Part shown: positions 38,829-41,756 of the stretch, in pieces | Layout of the letters: each line of letters starts with the position of its first letter | Numbering within the stretch: position 1 is the stretch's first letter | Assembly (NCBI GenBank): GCA_040081625.1 | Contig: JBEBGD010000041.1 | Coordinates: 1 to 41,756 of the forward strand | DNA: 41,756 nt | DNA from: Chthoniobacteraceae bacterium | GTDB lineage: Bacteria > Verrucomicrobiota > Verrucomicrobiia > Chthoniobacterales > Chthoniobacteraceae | Direction: 5' to 3' | Position numbers and translations under genes: made by a program | The notes under the pieces: model-generated | What the model saw: the letters and a program-made list of their open reading frames with translations, nothing else | Databases searched by the model: none | What the model was told of the DNA's origin: nothing

Positions 38829-39560
38829 TCAATAAGGCGTGCGCAGCTCGATCGGCTTGGCTTTGCGCTTCGCCCGCAGGTTCAGCACCTCGACTCCGAA
38901 GCTGAACGCCATCGCGAAGTAAACGTAACCCTTCTCGATGTGGTGTCCGAATCCATCCGCGAGCAGCACCACGCCGACGAGCAGCAGGAAGGAGAGCGCG
39001 AGCATTTTGATCGTCGGGTGCCGGTTCACGTAGTCGCCGATCGCGCCCGCTGCCGCCAGCATGACCGCCATCGCGATGATCACCGCGGCGATCATCACGC
39101 CGATTTCCTTCGCGAGGCCGACGGCCGTGATCACTGAGTCGAGCGAGAAGACGATGTCGATCACGACGATCTGCGCGATCACCGCGCCAAACGTCGCCGC
39201 GACCTTCATGGACTTCTCGTGCTCCTCGCCCTCGAGGTTGCCGTGGATTTCGTGGACCGCCTTCCAGATGAGGAAGAGGCCGCCCGCGATCAACACGAGA
39301 TCCTTCCCCGAGACCCCGTGGCCGAAGACCGCGAAGAGCGGCTTGGTGAGCTGCACGAGCCAGAAGATCGAGCAGAGCAGCAGCACGCGCGTGATCAGCG
39401 CGAGCATCAGCCCGATCGTGCGCGCCCGCTTCTGCTGATCCTCGGGCAGCTTCCCGGCGAGGATCGAGATGAAGATGATGTTGTCGATGCCGAGAACGAT
39501 CTCGAGCACGGTCAGCGTGATGAGGCTGATCCAGATTTGCGGGTCGGTGATCCAGTCCAT
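38829..39560 (-). CDS. TerC-family membrane protein
   Basis: LEIVLGIDNIIFI, GGLFLI.K..EIH, DIVFSLDSVITAVG, HPTIKMLALSFL. Confidence 0.93.
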   Translation of the reverse strand: MDWITDPQIWISLITLTVLEIVLGIDNIIFISILAGKLPEDQQKRARTIGLMLALITRVLLLCSIFWLVQLTKPLFAVFGHGVSGKDLVLIAGGLFLIWKAVHEIHGNLEGEEHEKSMKVAATFGAVIAQIVVIDIVFSLDSVITAVGLAKEIGVMIAAVIIAMAVMLAAAGAIGDYVNRHPTIKMLALSFLLLVGVVLLADGFGHHIEKGYVYFAMAFSFGVEVLNLRAKRKAKPIELRTPY

Positions 39561-39613
39561 GAGGGCGCGGATGATCCGTAGCGCGCCGCATCCGTCCAGC
39601 GGAATTCGTCGCT

Positions 39614-40363
39614 CTACTCCGCGTAGCCGCGCACGCGGTTCTTCCAGCCGGGAAGCCAGCGCGCTTCACCGCGCGCGGGCGGAGAATTTTTCACCCGCCG
39701 CTCGAGCACCGCAGCCGCGGCGCGCGAAAAGTCCGCCGCACCGCCACCCGCCGGCATCGCCGCGAGCACCTGCAGCAGCCCCCACCCTTCGCCGTTGTAG
39801 CGCTCCTCCGCCTTGGTTCCCTCGCCCTTGAAGTTCACGTAATCGATCAGCGCATACATCCCCGCGCCGCTCTGCGTCAGCCGCGTGAAATTCTCCGACA
39901 CGCGCCCGCGCTCCGAAGCCGCCGCCGCCGCCGTCATCTTGCCGAGCGCGCTCTTCATCCGCTCCGCGAGGAAGCGGCTCTGCAGCCGCACCGTCGAGGC
40001 GAGCAGCTCGCGCAGCTCCTTCATCCGCGGGCCTTGAAACTCCGCCTGGAACGCCGCGCGCGTCGCCCACGGGCAATCGCCTTCGATCCACGCCGCCGTC
40101 TTCACGCCGTTCGCGCCGAGGAATTTCACGAGCTTCGGAAAGCTCTCCTCGAACGGCCCGTTCACGCCTTTCGGATACCAGATGAAATGCCCGATCCCGA
40201 GCGACGCGAAGTTCTCCCCGGTATTCCACGACGTGAGGCCGTCGCGCGTTCCGCCGCATTCGTTCTGCCACACGCGGCGGCCGATGCGATCGAGCTCCAC
40301 ATCGCTCAGCGCGAAGGCGGCGGATGTCGAAACGAGCAGTGCGAGGACGAAGCGTCGGAACAT
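39614..40363 (-). CDS. Secreted hypothetical protein, possibly lysozyme-like
   Basis: Signal peptide MFRRFVLALLVSTSAAFA; WQNECGG..TSWN.GENFASLGIGHFIWYP; DYVNFKGEG; GWKNRV. Start placed at ATG 40363. Confidence 0.75.
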   Translation of the reverse strand: MFRRFVLALLVSTSAAFALSDVELDRIGRRVWQNECGGTRDGLTSWNTGENFASLGIGHFIWYPKGVNGPFEESFPKLVKFLGANGVKTAAWIEGDCPWATRAAFQAEFQGPRMKELRELLASTVRLQSRFLAERMKSALGKMTAAAAASERGRVSENFTRLTQSGAGMYALIDYVNFKGEGTKAEERYNGEGWGLLQVLAAMPAGGGAADFSRAAAAVLERRVKNSPPARGEARWLPGWKNRVRGYAE

Positions 40364-40404
40364 GCGCGCGACGTAAGCGGAACACGCGCCGCCGTGCAAG
40401 GCGG

Positions 40405-41667
40405 CTACGACACCATCCACGCGTGGATGGACAGGTGAAAATGCGAGAGCAGCCACGCGAGCGTGACGAGCAGCAGCGCGGAGACATCGCGCCGGCTGAA
40501 GCTGTCCGCGGCGCCGTGGCCGCGGATGAAGTTCAGCAGCGCGCCGGTCGGGCAGCCGTAGTGGCAGTAAGCCATCGGCACGAAGAGCGACGCAACCAGA
40601 CCCGCGATTGCGATCGCGATTGTCGCCACGCCCGCGGCGCTGATCACGTAGGCATCGAAGGGCTCGAGATGCGCGAGGTCGATCGGCAGCGCGAGCATCG
40701 CAGCCGCGAGCACCACGGCCAGCAGGCCCGCCGGCAGCCAGCGCAGCGCGCGGTCGATGTCCGCGCGGATGTGCAGCCGCCAGCCGCGTGGCGCGAACTT
40801 GTGCAGGATCTCCTGCGCCGCGCCGTGCGGGCAGAGATGCTGGCAGTAGATCGCCTTCCCCGTCGCCCACGGCACCGCGAGCGACGCCGCGAGCAGCAGC
40901 ACGAGCCCCGGCGCACTCCGCCACGGCGCGCCGTTTTGCGCCCAGCCCACGATGAGCGACTGCGCGAGCAGGTCGCCGGTGATGAAGCCGACGTAAACAA
41001 TCACGAGCACCTGAAACCCGCGCCGCAGCCACGCGCGCCCGTGCGTGCCGAGAAAGGCGAGCACGATCGCCGCGAGCGTGACGGCCACGATGCCGTAGTC
41101 GTGAATCCGCCAGCGAATCGGCCGCGCACTGTCCGCCTCCGCCTGCCACGCGCGGAGACGCTTTTGCACGCCCTCGGCCACGGCGAGGCTCGTCATCGTC
41201 GCGCCGGCGACGCCTTCGATCCCTGCCTCCTCCGGCGTCACGCGCGCGACTTCATCCCACGGCTTTCCCTTCCACGTCTTCTTGAGGAAATACGGATCGC
41301 CCTTCACATCGCCGACGTGATCCCGCGTGTCCTGCGACGAGCGCACCCGCACGCCGAGCACCCGCAGTCCGGGATCGAGCACGATGAGCGAATCGGTCCA
41401 GCCGCAGTAGCCGATGATCGGGTCGGACATCGGCGCGGTGCGCACCGCGTGGCCGATCTGCGCGCCCTTACCGTCGTGGATGAACACGCCCGAGCGCTCG
41501 CCCGGATCATCGGAAAGCGCGACAGCCTCCGGCAGCACGGCGCGCACTTCCTCGAGCGTCACCGGCGTCATCCCGCTCACGCGCAGATGCACTGCGTGAA
41601 CGCGGATGATCCACGCGATCACGACGAGCACCGCGAGGCGGTAGAGCTGGAGGACGACGCGCTTCAT
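40405..41667 (-). CDS. FMN-binding domain plus CxxxCP membrane domain protein (NosR/NirI/NapH-like)
   Basis: N-terminal TM, periplasmic domain with IIGYCG and IEGVAGATMTS (FMNylation-like), about 5 TMs with YCQHLCPHGAAQE and YCHYGCPTG. Confidence 0.85.
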   Translation of the reverse strand: MKRVVLQLYRLAVLVVIAWIIRVHAVHLRVSGMTPVTLEEVRAVLPEAVALSDDPGERSGVFIHDGKGAQIGHAVRTAPMSDPIIGYCGWTDSLIVLDPGLRVLGVRVRSSQDTRDHVGDVKGDPYFLKKTWKGKPWDEVARVTPEEAGIEGVAGATMTSLAVAEGVQKRLRAWQAEADSARPIRWRIHDYGIVAVTLAAIVLAFLGTHGRAWLRRGFQVLVIVYVGFITGDLLAQSLIVGWAQNGAPWRSAPGLVLLLAASLAVPWATGKAIYCQHLCPHGAAQEILHKFAPRGWRLHIRADIDRALRWLPAGLLAVVLAAAMLALPIDLAHLEPFDAYVISAAGVATIAIAIAGLVASLFVPMAYCHYGCPTGALLNFIRGHGAADSFSRRDVSALLLVTLAWLLSHFHLSIHAWMVS

Positions 41668-41756
41668 CGCAGCGGCGACGCCATCGTAGCGGCGACGCCT
41701 CGTCGCCGGAAGTGCCTGCGGCGCCCTCGCCGCAGTGCGCGCAGCGCACCTCCCCC

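Noticed and set aside
40364..41149. N-terminal 262 aa of the 511 aa ORF 39614-41149
   Set aside because: It overlaps the FMN-binding gene in another frame; a clean signal peptide and promoter-like motif mark ATG 40363.
41668..41756. Direct repeat AGCGGCGACGCC x2 and a possible upstream gene end at the window edge
   Set aside because: Only two short GC-rich copies, not CRISPR-like, and no frame can be supported as coding.

Overview
High-GC bacterial chromosome segment, most likely Verrucomicrobiota (PVC). This is inferred from the PVC-type CxxCH heme protein, the TIGR04073-like protein, a large S8 protease with a probably lineage-typical C-terminus, and the missing rpmD. About 17 kb (7100-24314, minus strand) is the str-S10-spc-alpha ribosomal protein superoperon. 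It lacks tuf, rpsN, rpmD, adk, rpoA and rplQ, and contains a decayed infA. It also carries an unexplained secreted coiled-coil protein gene between rpsS and rplV, and encodes a SecY with an apparent extra C-terminal transmembrane helix. To its left are a 5'-truncated kexin-like S8 protease, an HtrA/DegP protease with a sigmaE-like promoter, and a DUF422/CruF-like membrane protein. To its right are housekeeping and envelope genes: radical SAM, DUF2238, a PQQ-like propeller, a secreted gene pair with a probable lost stop codon, a CxxCH heme protein and an RlmD-like methyltransferase. These are followed by TIGR04073, ExoD, an L,D-transpeptidase, 5-formyl-THF cyclo-ligase with a histone-H1-like tail, PiT/DUF47/TerC, a possible lysozyme-like protein, and an FMN-binding NosR/NirI-like protein. 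I saw no tRNA, rRNA, CRISPR or mobile element. All family calls come from motif recognition by eye; no searches were run.
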